Shown here in pieces: positions 9,451-20,754 of a stretch of DNA of 64,000 nt. The position numbers and the translations under genes were made by a program. The notes beneath the pieces were generated by a model. That model was given only the letters and a program-made list of their open reading frames with translations. It was not told where the DNA came from and made no database searches. The DNA is from Escherichia phage slur07, in sequence record NC_028780.1, one strand, 5' to 3'. Position 1 is the stretch's first letter. Every line of letters starts with the position of its first letter.

Positions 9451-10116
9451 TTAATAATAGCCGAAATCTTGAACAGAATCCTTAATTACGATTTGGTCAA
9501 ATCGTGGAACATGTGAAGGTTGAGATGCAGGATTCTGCGAGAAAAAGTTTGGTGCGGTTAAGTTTCCCGTCATAGTGTCACCAGATCGTAACACTCTAGA
9601 GTTTGCATTTGCTGTAACAGTATTTATTGCTCCATCAACATAGTCCTTTCTAGTAAGGTCATTCGCTGCTATAGGAGCAGCCGCATCACTTCTTACTTGA
9701 CCAGCTGCCGACACAACACCTTTTGTGCTAATATCACCATTGCGTGTATTAATTACTACAGTTCTACCGGCAGATCCTTGTGATGATTTAAATCCTACGC
9801 CATACCATGAAACAATATCAATATTTGCTGTAACAAAAGTAGCTGCATCTCCATTACCAGGATAAATACCACTTTGGTTTGTATTGTTTATAGCATATGG
9901 TACTTGAACACCAGCATTAAATGTTACCTTTGATGCATAAGTACCACCGTTAGCTTTAGAAACGAAATCGTTATCTGCAGCTTGTGGTTTGTTATATTCT
10001 GAATATATTTTAAATGATTTATAGAGTACATCGTCACCGGCCGGATTCAATGGAAAATTTCCTTGATGCCAAATGACAGAGCCTCCAGTTGTTGAACCTA
10101 CTTTTAAATCAGCCAT
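9451..10116 (-). CDS. 36: gp36 long-tail-fibre hinge connector
   Basis: 221 aa, near-identical to T4 gp36 (MADLKVGSTTGGSVIWHQGNFPLNPAGDDVLYKSF...). Confidence 0.92.
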   Translation of the reverse strand: MADLKVGSTTGGSVIWHQGNFPLNPAGDDVLYKSFKIYSEYNKPQAADNDFVSKANGGTYASKVTFNAGVQVPYAINNTNQSGIYPGNGDAATFVTANIDIVSWYGVGFKSSQGSAGRTVVINTRNGDISTKGVVSAAGQVRSDAAAPIAANDLTRKDYVDGAINTVTANANSRVLRSGDTMTGNLTAPNFFSQNPASQPSHVPRFDQIVIKDSVQDFGYY

Positions 10117-10178
10117 TGTATGCCCCTTTATTTTAATAGTATTTATAAAGAAAAAGGGAACCCGAAGGCTCCCTCAAT

Positions 10179-11294
10179 TTATACTTCTCTAAATTCTTGC
10201 CCAAACACTTTACCAGTTTTAGACGATGCTTGTGTAGGAAGTACCATTATATCCGGAGGTGAAGCAGATTCACAGATATAATTAACACGAATGCCGTTGA
10301 CGCCAAATTCAGCGGGTTTTGAAATTCCGCCATTTCTTGATACTTCAGAAAAGCTTAAATTTCGCATACCGCCTTGTCCCGCTTGAGCAGTTCTTTGTGC
10401 ATATATCGTAAATCCAACTGCATTTTCTGGAACAACTACATAATCTTCCTTTAATTCCCAAGACCCAGCTTGTCCAATAAACTCAGCTTGTGTCGAGGAA
10501 ATATATCCGTTAGATGCATTATAAAAACGGATAGATATATTTGTTGTTCCAAGAGCAAGTAAATCGGCATCAGCATATAACTGGGCTTTAAGATAAAGAA
10601 CGTCACCAGGAATTAAATTATAATCAGAGAGTTTACTTATAGCAGCTGAAGTTGGTAGACGCGCAATTTCGTTATTAGTTCCACCAACCGCTGACATGAA
10701 TTGCTCAACGCTTTCATACGTTCTTCTTGGAAACCCGGTAGCTCCGACGTCTTCTAAACTGTCAAATACAACATCTAAAATAGTTTGATAATCATCTGTG
10801 CTTTTTCTATTACTCAGTTTAACATGCTCTAATGCAATAGCTCTTTTAGAAGAAGTATAAAAAGCAGCATATGATACGTCGAATCTTGACAATATAGAGT
10901 CAGATGGAAAAGCAGACGTTCCGGCGATTCTTAACCAAGATACTACTTCAGGAGGAAAATTAACCTTTCCGTTAGTTAATATAGCAACAATTCGATTATT
11001 CGTCAAAGAATTCATGAAACTAACAAAGGCAGCTGATGTAGTATCATTTGAAGTCGAAAAAGCATATGATTTACTATCAACTAATGCTCCGGTGGAAGGG
11101 TCAAAAACTCTTAAATGAAGGCCTGCGCTAAATGTTTGACTTCCTACAGGATTATCCTGAAATTTAACGTATGGTCCTGCTGTAGAAAGCGGGCAAGAAC
11201 CCGCTATGCTTATTTTATATCTTACTGAATTGCTTTCCGATAAAAATGGCGTTTGGACATATCCTTGTCCAAACTCTGCCATAAATTTTTCCAT
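10179..11294 (-). CDS. 35: gp35 long-tail-fibre hinge protein
   Basis: 371 aa, matches T4 gp35 in sequence and position. Confidence 0.9.
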   Translation of the reverse strand: MEKFMAEFGQGYVQTPFLSESNSVRYKISIAGSCPLSTAGPYVKFQDNPVGSQTFSAGLHLRVFDPSTGALVDSKSYAFSTSNDTTSAAFVSFMNSLTNNRIVAILTNGKVNFPPEVVSWLRIAGTSAFPSDSILSRFDVSYAAFYTSSKRAIALEHVKLSNRKSTDDYQTILDVVFDSLEDVGATGFPRRTYESVEQFMSAVGGTNNEIARLPTSAAISKLSDYNLIPGDVLYLKAQLYADADLLALGTTNISIRFYNASNGYISSTQAEFIGQAGSWELKEDYVVVPENAVGFTIYAQRTAQAGQGGMRNLSFSEVSRNGGISKPAEFGVNGIRVNYICESASPPDIMVLPTQASSKTGKVFGQEFREV

Positions 11295-11302
11295 AATACC
11301 TC

Positions 11303-14300
11303 TTATTCAACCCATTCAAATTTAACAGTTTTATTCACTGGGTCAGGAATAATGCGAACATTACCAATTCGTAAGAAATCACGAATAGTAAGATTCCCCA
11401 TTGTAGCATTATCAGATGGTAAAGCACCGATATCAGATGGTTGAGGAGGGTTACCTCCGTCAAATACCTGAACAAAACTTGACCAAGAGTTTTTGGTTTT
11501 CTGCCATGTACGTGTCCAGCGAGTGGTACGCGCTTCTGGTGTCGTTGGATAAGTAATCCAATCTTGGTAAAGCGAATCAAGTGTGTTACCAAACTGTGTC
11601 AGTGTACCAGGAGATTTAACTTCTTCGCCACGTTCTAAGTATGGAAGCCCAGTCACTTCATTAGTTTTTTCAACCATTTTAAAATAACCTGGGAACTGGT
11701 TATAAGTGGCTGAATCGTTAATATCGATTGACCAGAATCCTACAGTATCAGATGTTGGCGCACGGGTATATAAATCAGATGTTTTAGTACCCTGAGAACG
11801 AATTCTCGAGTTAACAGTCAAACCACCTGAATTTATAGTAGCACCTTTGGCAATGATTAAGCTTTCACCAATTGTGACTTGACCGGATTGATTATTAATT
11901 GATAATGGACGTAATCCATTAAATCCACCGGTCTGATCACCAGATGCAGTAAGCATAAAATTCGTTACTGACCCATCATTGCGAACAATGAAACCATAAT
12001 TTCCGTTAATAGCACGGAAAGCATTTGCGTTTCGAGATATAATTTCACCAGTTGCTGTGACTGAACTACCGAATGTTGCTACACCATTCGCAGTCAATGT
12101 GCCTGAAGCATTCACATTTATCGGTGTTACTGTACCGTTGATATTAAATGTTATATTTCCAGCTTTATTGCGCTGGGAATAAAAATGACTAGACGTTTCA
12201 TCACCAACTTCAAATACAGTAGAACGTGTTGTATCTGAACCGCCGCCAAACTGATTTCCCCAAACTCTAATAGTCATCGTCTGTGCTGGGTTAGTTCCAG
12301 TTTGAGGTCCTTTCTCAAAAATCAGACGAGTTGCCGTTCCAGTATTAGAAATAGTTAATGTACTATTTGCCGAAACTGAACCACCAAACGCAGCAGTACT
12401 AGATGATACAAGAGGGGCACTCAGATTCGTTTGTTGGGTTAAGGTTAGTGAACCATTAACCGTCTGTGCAATATCCCTACGAATGAACTGAGATGAATCT
12501 AGACCATCCAATAAATTACTATCTACAGCTTTTGCTTTTAACGGCAAATAATTTGCTAATACACGGTTTAATTCATATGGTGATACTGCATAGCTATTTT
12601 TCTCATACAGTTCTAAATCTTGGGTAGAACCGACTGTATCATTACCAACGAATGTAATTGAACCAGATGAAGTTTTAACAAAACCTCTTATCGCAGTAGT
12701 AGCTGCCCAGGTAGGTTCACTCTGCACAATCCATTTTAAATTTTTTGGAGATACAGCAGTATTTGCTGACGTTCCAGTCACAGTTTCAGACTGAGTTGCA
12801 ACTTTAATAACACCTTCCTGTGATTCGGTAGATTTAGTACCTAAAAGCTTTTTAGGAGTTATTAAAACATTATCTAATGTTCCTGCAGCAGCTTCGACCT
12901 GTGTAGCTACACGAAGTGTACCACGCTGTGTCTCATTTGCTTCAAGAATATTAAGGGTATAATGGTCCCAGAGAGTTCCTGATTCAACTAATCCAGATAG
13001 AGCAACAACAGAAGTACGATCAGTACTATTAAATCTAGTTTTAATTTTTAATGGTGTAGAGATACGAGTATCGTCGACGCCTGCGTCGAATTCAACCTGT
13101 GTAGCAATTTCAGCTATACCACTTAAACCTTCAGTTGCTCTACGGTCATTTAAAGTTTTAGGAGTGACTGCACGAGTATAATCAGTTCCTGTATTAACTT
13201 CACTTTGCGTAGCAATTTCAATTAAACCAATTCTTGCATCAGTTGATGTCTTTTTGTGTAACGTTTCTGGCGTTACAACAGCATTTGCCCATCCTTCCTG
13301 ACTTTGTCCAGCAATTACTTCACTTTCAACTGCTAAAATTACCGCACCTTGCTGTGTTGGAGTAGCTTTATACTGATCCAAAGCTTTAGGTGAAACAACT
13401 AAATTATTAGTGTTTTTATTATAAACATTCGTACCATTTAATTCACGGCTAGAAGCTGGAGTAGCACCTGCAGTAGATACAAAAGTTACAATACCAGATA
13501 ATGATTCAGAACCTTGGCGAGCTTGAAGCTTTTTAGGAGTGATGATTGTAGTATCATCAGTACCTGTATTAGTTTCTTGCTGCGTAGCAATTTCAGCAAC
13601 ACCTCTACGAGTTTCTGTAGCAGTTCTTTCATTCAGCTTTTTAGGAGTAATGATAAGGTCATCTGCAAAAGAGAATGTGGTGTTCTGATTCACTTGAGCA
13701 GTAGTTGCTATTCTTGCAATACCTCTGCGAGTTTCAGTAGCAGTACGGTTAGCTAATGTTTCTGGAGTAATTGCTAATTCTTTTTGTGGAGAATTTTCTA
13801 AATCGACATTAGCTTGAGCTTGTGTAGCTAAAGCAATTACGCCTAATCTTGCTCTAGTAGAATCATTTAAAGAATCAACTCTTTCTACAGTTGGAACGTT
13901 TTGCTGTACAACCCAGTATTTTCCATCAGAATCTTCTATATAAGCAAGTTGTAAAACTGGAACATAATTAGTTTCACCGTTAAAAACTAATTCTTGAACT
14001 GTAACCCATTCAGCTTCAGGTGGATATTCTGAGCGTTTTGGGAATTGCAGTAATTGAACTGAAGAAGCAATTTTATCTTCGCCCGCAGCTTTGATTTTAA
14101 CTGTTTGTCCTTTTCTCATGTAATTCATGGAAATTTTAACAGTATCACCAACAGAAATATTAGTTGGAAGCTGAAGCTCAATTGTTTGAGTTGTTCCGTT
14201 ATTCGCACCAAATACCATGACTTCTTCGTTTGGACGAATATTAGAATTAGTCGTTATAATGCGTAAACGTGCTTTACTATCCCCGTCAAACAATCTCCAC

Positions 14301-15172
14301 AATTTCTCATTATCATCAAACATCAAGAAACCGTCAATTGATGTACGGCCTTCAATGGAATGAGTTCCAACTTCTTGTACTGAAGTCGTTTCATCGTATG
14401 TAGTAACAATTGTATGATAAAGTGGATTCAGTTTATCTAAATCAACGAAATTAATAATATCTCCATGATTAGCAAATCTTGGAAGTTTAATATTTATCGG
14501 TGCGGCAGAAGTAAATCTACGCACGATAAAATCGTTTGATTGCGCCTGATAGAGACTCGCAGGCGTTACAACTATAGCTTCTCTACTATAATCAGCAACA
14601 TACATTTGCCACAGACGATTACTAAAAATTAAAACTAGCTGTGACTTTGGATGAGTCATTAGTACTGAACGTACTTGTTCACCTCTAAAGTTTACAATAC
14701 TTTGTACTGGAGCTACAATTAAAACTTGGTTAACTCCAGGTTTTCCTCCAATATCTTGGAGAACGATAGTATCTCCATCAATTGGAGAAGATGGTAAAGT
14801 AAACGTGATGTCATTTCCAGTTGCAGTATTAACCGAAATAGCTTCACCGGATTTTAATTGATATGAACCAGATGAAACCGTAATCCAGTTTGCGTCTGTA
14901 CGTAATGCTCTCCAGCGCCCGCTATTAAAAGCTCCTGCCGGTTTTGGAATATCATTTATAGCAGCCCAAAAGCGGTTATCATAAATGATTACAAAATCTT
15001 TTAAATATCCACGAGTTGGATCATATTGTTGAACTGTGTTTTCTTGAATTAAGTAATCAACGTTAACACCGTCAGTTCCTACGGTACGATCAGCTAAAGC
15101 TACGTTGATTATTTTATCGCCACCTGCGTCCAGACCGTCTTCTGCTCTGAACTTTCTTTTAATCTCGGCCAT
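11303..15172 (-). CDS. 34: gp34 long-tail-fibre proximal subunit
   Basis: 1289 aa, same length as T4 gp34; N-terminus MAEIKRKFRAEDGLDAGGDKIINVALADR. Confidence 0.93.
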   Translation of the reverse strand: MAEIKRKFRAEDGLDAGGDKIINVALADRTVGTDGVNVDYLIQENTVQQYDPTRGYLKDFVIIYDNRFWAAINDIPKPAGAFNSGRWRALRTDANWITVSSGSYQLKSGEAISVNTATGNDITFTLPSSPIDGDTIVLQDIGGKPGVNQVLIVAPVQSIVNFRGEQVRSVLMTHPKSQLVLIFSNRLWQMYVADYSREAIVVTPASLYQAQSNDFIVRRFTSAAPINIKLPRFANHGDIINFVDLDKLNPLYHTIVTTYDETTSVQEVGTHSIEGRTSIDGFLMFDDNEKLWRLFDGDSKARLRIITTNSNIRPNEEVMVFGANNGTTQTIELQLPTNISVGDTVKISMNYMRKGQTVKIKAAGEDKIASSVQLLQFPKRSEYPPEAEWVTVQELVFNGETNYVPVLQLAYIEDSDGKYWVVQQNVPTVERVDSLNDSTRARLGVIALATQAQANVDLENSPQKELAITPETLANRTATETRRGIARIATTAQVNQNTTFSFADDLIITPKKLNERTATETRRGVAEIATQQETNTGTDDTTIITPKKLQARQGSESLSGIVTFVSTAGATPASSRELNGTNVYNKNTNNLVVSPKALDQYKATPTQQGAVILAVESEVIAGQSQEGWANAVVTPETLHKKTSTDARIGLIEIATQSEVNTGTDYTRAVTPKTLNDRRATEGLSGIAEIATQVEFDAGVDDTRISTPLKIKTRFNSTDRTSVVALSGLVESGTLWDHYTLNILEANETQRGTLRVATQVEAAAGTLDNVLITPKKLLGTKSTESQEGVIKVATQSETVTGTSANTAVSPKNLKWIVQSEPTWAATTAIRGFVKTSSGSITFVGNDTVGSTQDLELYEKNSYAVSPYELNRVLANYLPLKAKAVDSNLLDGLDSSQFIRRDIAQTVNGSLTLTQQTNLSAPLVSSSTAAFGGSVSANSTLTISNTGTATRLIFEKGPQTGTNPAQTMTIRVWGNQFGGGSDTTRSTVFEVGDETSSHFYSQRNKAGNITFNINGTVTPINVNASGTLTANGVATFGSSVTATGEIISRNANAFRAINGNYGFIVRNDGSVTNFMLTASGDQTGGFNGLRPLSINNQSGQVTIGESLIIAKGATINSGGLTVNSRIRSQGTKTSDLYTRAPTSDTVGFWSIDINDSATYNQFPGYFKMVEKTNEVTGLPYLERGEEVKSPGTLTQFGNTLDSLYQDWITYPTTPEARTTRWTRTWQKTKNSWSSFVQVFDGGNPPQPSDIGALPSDNATMGNLTIRDFLRIGNVRIIPDPVNKTVKFEWVE
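12805..13765 (-). repeat. in-frame tandem peptide repeats within gp34 (approximate bounds)
   Basis: At least six repeat units of type (I/V)TP(E/K)(T/K)L..R.ATE..G(I/V)..IAT in the translated protein. Confidence 0.45.
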
Positions 15173-15206
15173 TCTCCCGGGCTCCTATTGTGTTTTCAAT
15201 AATAAG

Positions 15207-15214
15207 TATTTATA
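15207..15214 (-). promoter_or_regulatory. late promoter (TATAAATA) for gene 34
   Basis: Plus-strand TATTTATA = minus-strand TATAAATA about 35 nt upstream of gene 34 start. Confidence 0.5.
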
Positions 15215-15217
15215 CTT

Positions 15218-15248
15218 GTTTACTTTAAGATTTGGATGGTATATAATA
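15218..15248 (+). promoter_or_regulatory. early promoter upstream of rnh
   Basis: -35 GTTTAC at 15218-15223, about 17-bp spacer, -10 TATAAT at 15243-15248. Confidence 0.45.
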
Positions 15249-15276
15249 GAAATCTCACTAATTGAACGAGGTTCAT

Positions 15277-16194
15277 ATGGATTTAGAAATGATGTTGGAT
15301 GAAGATTACAAAGAAGGAATTTGCTTTATTGACTTTAGTCAAATTGCGCTTTCAACTGCTTTAGTAAACTTCCCAGATAAAGAAAAAATTAATTTATCAA
15401 TGGTTCGTCATTTGATATTGAACTCAATTAAGTTTAATGTCAAAAAAGCAAAAACGCTTGGATACACTAAAATTGTACTGTGTATTGATAACGCGAAATC
15501 TGGATACTGGCGTCGTGATTTCGCTTATTATTATAAGAAAAACCGTGGAAAAGCACGAGAAGAATCTACTTGGGACTGGGAAGGTTATTTTGAATCCAGC
15601 CATAAAGTTATAGATGAATTGAAAGCTTATATGCCATACATTGTTATGGATATTGATAAGTATGAAGCAGATGACCATATTGCTGTTCTTGTTAAAAAGT
15701 TCTCTTTAGAAGGACATAAGATTTTAATCATTTCATCGGATGGTGACTTTACTCAACTCCATAAATACCCAAATGTTAAGCAATGGTCACCGATGCACAA
15801 GAAATGGGTTAAAATTAAAAGCGGTTCTGCTGAAATTGACTGTATGACTAAAATCCTTAAAGGTGACAAAAAGGATAACGTTGCTTCAGTTAAAGTACGA
15901 TCTGACTTTTGGTTTACCAGAGTTGAAGGTGAACGAACTCCTTCAATGAAAACCTCTATTGTTGAAGCTATTGCTAATGACCGCGAGCAAGCTAAGGTGC
16001 TTCTCACTGAATCTGAATATAATCGATATAAAGAAAATTTAGTTCTAATTGATTTTGATTATATTCCTGATAATATTGCTTCAAACATTGTGAATTACTA
16101 TAATTCATATAAATTACCACCGCGTGGCAAAATTTATTCATATTTTGTAAAAGCGGGTCTTTCTAAATTAACTAATAGCATTAATGAATTTTGA
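15277..16194 (+). CDS. rnh: RNase H (5'-3' exonuclease / flap endonuclease)
   Basis: 305 aa from ATG 15277 (MDLEMMLDEDYKEGI...) matching T4 RNase H; ORF-track start 15262 is a TTG; GAGG 8 nt upstream of 15277. Confidence 0.92.
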   Translation: MDLEMMLDEDYKEGICFIDFSQIALSTALVNFPDKEKINLSMVRHLILNSIKFNVKKAKTLGYTKIVLCIDNAKSGYWRRDFAYYYKKNRGKAREESTWDWEGYFESSHKVIDELKAYMPYIVMDIDKYEADDHIAVLVKKFSLEGHKILIISSDGDFTQLHKYPNVKQWSPMHKKWVKIKSGSAEIDCMTKILKGDKKDNVASVKVRSDFWFTRVEGERTPSMKTSIVEAIANDREQAKVLLTESEYNRYKENLVLIDFDYIPDNIASNIVNYYNSYKLPPRGKIYSYFVKAGLSKLTNSINEF

Positions 16195-16202
16195 GGTGAA
16201 TA

Positions 16203-16472
16203 ATGGCTAAAAAAGAAATGGTTGAATTTGATGAAGCTATCCATGGCGAAGACTTGGCTAAATTTATTAAAGAAGCATCTGATCATAAACTGAAAATTTC
16301 TGGTTATAATGAATTGATTAAAGATATTCGAATTCGTGCCAAAGATGAACTTGGCGTTGATGGCAAGATGTTTAATCGTCTGTTAGCTTTGTATCATAAA
16401 GATAACCGTGATGTGTTTGAAGCTGAAACTGAAGAGGTAGTTGAACTTTATGACACAGTTTTCTCTAAATGA
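16203..16472 (+). CDS. dsbA: DsbA double-stranded DNA-binding protein
   Basis: 89 aa matching T4 DsbA; between rnh and gene 33. Confidence 0.88.
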   Translation: MAKKEMVEFDEAIHGEDLAKFIKEASDHKLKISGYNELIKDIRIRAKDELGVDGKMFNRLLALYHKDNRDVFEAETEEVVELYDTVFSK

Positions 16473-16788
16473 TATTCGTCCGGTCGATGAGACCGGTCTT
16501 TCAGAAAAAGAACTTTCAATTAAGAAAGAAAAGGATGAAATTGCAAAGCTTCTTGACCGCCAAGAAAATGGATTTATTATTGAAAAAATGGTAGAAGAGT
16601 TTGGAATGAGTTATCTTGAAGCTACAACAGCATTCTTAGAAGAAAATTCTATTCCTGAAACTCAATTTGCTAAATTTATTCCTTCGGGTATAATTGAAAA
16701 AATTCAGTCAGAAGCTATTGACGAAAATCTTTTACGTCCTTCTGTTGTTCGTTGTGAAAAAACTAATACATTAGATTTTCTACTATGA
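16450..16788 (+). CDS. 33: gp33 late-transcription co-activator
   Basis: 112 aa from MTQFSLNDIRPVDETGL, matches T4 gp33; overlaps dsbA 3' end. Confidence 0.9.
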   Translation: MTQFSLNDIRPVDETGLSEKELSIKKEKDEIAKLLDRQENGFIIEKMVEEFGMSYLEATTAFLEENSIPETQFAKFIPSGIIEKIQSEAIDENLLRPSVVRCEKTNTLDFLL

Positions 16789-17438
16789 TTAAACTCCGCA
16801 TGCCTGCTGGTGGTGAAAGATACATTGATGGTAAATCAGTTTATAAATTATACTTAATGATAAAACAACATATGAATGGAAAGTATGATGTAATTAAGTA
16901 TAATTGGTGCATGCGGGTGTCTGATGCCGCTTATCAAAAGCGAAGGGATAAGTATTTTTTCCAGAAGTTATCAGAAAAATATAAATTAAAGGAACTTGCT
17001 TTAATCTTTATAAGCAATCTTGTTGCTAACCAAGATGCTTGGATTGGTGACATCTCTGACGCTGATGCACTTGTGTTTTATCGTGAATATATCGGACGCT
17101 TAAAGCAAATTAAATTTAAGTTTGAAGAAGATATTCGCAACATTTATTATTTTAGTAAAAAAGTTGAAGTTTCTGCTTTTAAAGAAATCTTTGAGTATAA
17201 TCCAAAGGTTCAATCAAGCTATATTTTTAAACTACTTCAATCGAATATAATTTCGTTTGAGACGTTTATCTTGCTTGATTCGTTTTTAAATATAATCGAT
17301 AAACATGATGAACAGACTGATAATTTAGTCTGGAATAATTATTCTATAAAGTTAAAGGCTTATAGAAAAATTTTAAATATTGATTCACAGGAAGCTAAAA
17401 AAGTTTTTATTGAAACTGTGAAATCTTGCAAGTATTAA
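16785..17438 (+). CDS. 59: gp59 helicase-loading protein
   Basis: 217 aa matching T4 gp59 (MIKLRMPAGGERYIDGKSVYKLYLMIKQHM...). Confidence 0.92.
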   Translation: MIKLRMPAGGERYIDGKSVYKLYLMIKQHMNGKYDVIKYNWCMRVSDAAYQKRRDKYFFQKLSEKYKLKELALIFISNLVANQDAWIGDISDADALVFYREYIGRLKQIKFKFEEDIRNIYYFSKKVEVSAFKEIFEYNPKVQSSYIFKLLQSNIISFETFILLDSFLNIIDKHDEQTDNLVWNNYSIKLKAYRKILNIDSQEAKKVFIETVKSCKY

Positions 17439-17469
17439 TTGCTTATTATAAATAGATTATAATTATCTC

Positions 17470-17537
17470 ACTGACCAGCTATGAGGTCATACATCGTCAT
17501 AGCACCAACTGTTAATTAAATTAAAAAGGAAATAAAA
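17470..17537 (+). promoter_or_regulatory. gene 32 translational operator region (leader with A/U-rich gp32-binding tract)
   Basis: Leader ...GTTAATTAAATTAAAAAGGAAATAAAAATG directly upstream of gene 32; in T4 this leader is the autoregulatory operator. Confidence 0.5.
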
Positions 17538-18446
17538 ATGTTTAAACGTAAATCTACTGCTGAACTCGCTGCACAAATGGCTAAACTGGCTGGAAATAAA
17601 GGTGGTTTTTCTTCTGAAGATAAAGGCGAGTGGAAACTGAAACTCGACAATGCGGGTAACGGTCAAGCAGTAATTCGTTTTCTTCCGTCTAAAAATGATG
17701 AACAAGCACCATTCGCAATTCTTGTAAATCACGGTTTCAAGAAAAATGGTAAATGGTATATTGAAAACTGTTCATCTACCCACGGTGATTACGATTCTTG
17801 CCCAGTATGTCAATACATTAGTAAAAATGATCTGTACAACACTGACAATAAAGAGTACAGTCTTGTTAAACGTAAAACTTCTTACTGGGCTAACATTCTT
17901 GTTGTAAAAGACCCAGCTGCTCCAGAAAATGAAGGTAAAGTATTTAAATATCGTTTCGGTAAGAAAATCTGGGATAAAATCAACGCGATGATTGCGGTTG
18001 ATGTTGAAATGGGTGAAACTCCAGTTGATGTAACTTGTCCGTGGGAAGGTGCTAACTTTGTACTGAAAGTTAAACAGGTTTCTGGATTTAGTAACTACGA
18101 CGAATCTAAATTCCTGAATCAATCTGCGATTCCAAACATTGATGATGAATCTTTCCAGAAAGAACTGTTCGAACAAATGGTTGACCTTTCTGAAATGACT
18201 TCTAAAGATAAATTCAAATCGTTTGAAGAACTGAGCACTAAATTTGGTCAAGTTATGGGAACTGCTGTGATGGGCGGTGCTGCTGCAACTGCTGCTAAGA
18301 AAGCTGATAAAGTTGCTGATGATTTGGATGCATTCAATGTTGATGACTTCAATACAAAAACTGAAGATGATTTTATGAGCTCAAGCTCTGGCAGTTCATC
18401 TAGTGCTGATGACACGGACCTGGATGACCTTTTGAATGACCTTTAA
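17538..18446 (+). CDS. 32: gp32 single-stranded DNA-binding protein
   Basis: 302 aa; near-identical to T4 gp32 including zinc-site Cys/His residues and acidic C-terminus [12 protein letters not shown]. Confidence 0.95.
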   Translation: MFKRKSTAELAAQMAKLAGNKGGFSSEDKGEWKLKLDNAGNGQAVIRFLPSKNDEQAPFAILVNHGFKKNGKWYIENCSSTHGDYDSCPVCQYISKNDLYNTDNKEYSLVKRKTSYWANILVVKDPAAPENEGKVFKYRFGKKIWDKINAMIAVDVEMGETPVDVTCPWEGANFVLKVKQVSGFSNYDESKFLNQSAIPNIDDESFQKELFEQMVDLSEMTSKDKFKSFEELSTKFGQVMGTAVMGGAAATAAKKADKVADDLDAFNVDDFNTKTEDDFMSSSSGSSSSADDTDLDDLLNDL

Positions 18447-18468
18447 TAGATTATATTACTAATTAATT

Positions 18469-18494
18469 GGGGACCTCTAGGGTCCCCTTTTTTA
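18469..18494 (+). terminator. intrinsic terminator after gene 32
   Basis: GGGGACC-TCTAG-GGTCCCC hairpin followed by TTTTTTATTT. Confidence 0.65.
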
Positions 18495-18518
18495 TTTCAA
18501 AAATTTTTTCACAAAACG

Positions 18519-18548
18519 GTTTACATACTACAAGGACTGTGGTACTAT
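18519..18548 (+). promoter_or_regulatory. T4-type early promoter (second copy of the 1329-1358 element)
   Basis: -35 GTTTACA, -10 TGgTACTAT; about 70 bp near-identical to 1298-1367. Confidence 0.55.
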
Positions 18549-18591
18549 ACAACTATCGGCAATACTGCTGATGATTAAAGAGGAAAACAAT

Positions 18592-18819
18592 ATGGCTAAA
18601 GTTGATATTGACATCGTTGATTTTGAATATATTGAAGAAATTATTCGTAATCGTTATCCTGAACTTAGTATTACAAGCGTGCAAGATTCTAAGTTTTGGA
18701 GTATTCAAATCGTTATTGAAGGTCCTCTTGAAGACCTCACCCGCTTTATGGCTAATGAATATTGTGATGGCATGGATTCTGAAGACGCAGAATTTTACAT
18801 GGGGCTGATTGAGCAATAA
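18592..18819 (+). CDS. hypothetical protein (frd.3-like position)
   Basis: ORF with AGAGGA Shine-Dalgarno before ATG 18592 ([17 protein letters not shown]...); acidic small protein. Confidence 0.55.
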   Translation: MAKVDIDIVDFEYIEEIIRNRYPELSITSVQDSKFWSIQIVIEGPLEDLTRFMANEYCDGMDSEDAEFYMGLIEQ

Positions 18820-18865
18820 TTATCAAGGGGCTATTTGATAGCCCCGTTAAAATGAGGAAATCAAA

Positions 18866-19252
18866 ATGGAAGTTGGAAAAACTTATATCATTAACCCTTT
18901 ATTTAAAAATGACTTTGCTAACGAGTGCCGTTGCAATGTGATGATGCTAAATTTAATAGAGAAGCACGGACCTAGTTTTGTTGTAGATGAAATGGAAAGT
19001 GATGATTGTGCTGGTGAATGTGTGGTACGTGTAACTATGGAAGATGGCACTGAATACATGGCGGGTGGCCCACTTGAGACGTATTTTGAGATTTACTCTG
19101 AAGAATTCAAATACTTTACTGAGGTAACTTTAGAAAAGCCTCAATCCGCTAATGAAGGTATAGTTTCTGGCGTAACAAAAATTCACTGCATTGTTGACGA
19201 AAACAATGTAGATGAAATCATTGAACTTTTGCGAAAAACTTTCAAAAAGTAG
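18866..19252 (+). CDS. hypothetical protein (frd.2-like position)
   Basis: 128-aa ORF with SD GAGGA upstream; several Cys. Confidence 0.6.
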   Translation: MEVGKTYIINPLFKNDFANECRCNVMMLNLIEKHGPSFVVDEMESDDCAGECVVRVTMEDGTEYMAGGPLETYFEIYSEEFKYFTEVTLEKPQSANEGIVSGVTKIHCIVDENNVDEIIELLRKTFKK

Positions 19253-19307
19253 TTTACAACGGGCTATGGTAATGATACTATAGCCTTATCAACTTGAGGA
19301 GAATAAA

Positions 19308-19550
19308 ATGAGATTACAACGTCAGAGCATCAAAGATTCGGAAGTTAGAGGTAAATGGTATTTTAATATCATCGGTAAAGATTCTGAACTTGTTGAAAAA
19401 GCTGAACATCTTTTACGTGATATGGGATGGGAAGATGAATGCGATGGATGTCCTCTTTATGAAGACGGAGAAAGCGCAGGATTCTGGATTTACCATTCTG
19501 ACGTTGAACAGTTTAAAGCTGATTGGAAAATTGTGAAAAAGTCTGTTTAA
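19308..19550 (+). CDS. hypothetical protein (frd.1-like position)
   Basis: 80-aa ORF with SD GAGGAG upstream. Confidence 0.55.
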   Translation: MRLQRQSIKDSEVRGKWYFNIIGKDSELVEKAEHLLRDMGWEDECDGCPLYEDGESAGFWIYHSDVEQFKADWKIVKKSV

Positions 19551-19560
19551 GGAAAATAAT

Positions 19561-20387
<827 letters not shown>

Positions 20388-20406
20388 AATAACGCGTGGC
20401 GGAAAT

Positions 20407-20754
20407 ATGAATTTTAATTATTACCCTATTCTATTAGAAAAAGACACGAAACAACCAAAATGGCAGGGTCCTCAGTTTATTAAAGGTGTCTATCAATTAG
20501 TAGTTCCTAAAGATAAGATTTATAGTAGTTGTTTTACTGAATCCGCTTGCAGTATTTTCGGTAATAGTTCTCCGTATTGGAATTTTGACATAAAGTTGGA
20601 TAGAAATATCGATATTTGGTTGAAAGCTATGGATATTGGTAATATCACGTTTGATGAGAATAATTATCATATTATTGGTCGCTTTTCCAAACGCGGTAAA
20701 GAATTATATTTCACGCCTGAAATTGAGAGAAAATTTGATGCTAAACCGTATTGA
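20407..20754 (+). CDS. hypothetical protein inserted between frd and td
   Basis: 115-aa ORF with no counterpart I can place in T4, where frd and td abut. Confidence 0.55.
   Translation: MNFNYYPILLEKDTKQPKWQGPQFIKGVYQLVVPKDKIYSSCFTESACSIFGNSSPYWNFDIKLDRNIDIWLKAMDIGNITFDENNYHIIGRFSKRGKELYFTPEIERKFDAKPY

Noticed and set aside
17772-18251. 159-aa minus-strand ORF inside gene 32
   Set aside because: Antisense to the highly conserved gp32 gene; Phe/Asn-rich translation typical of AT-rich antisense frames.
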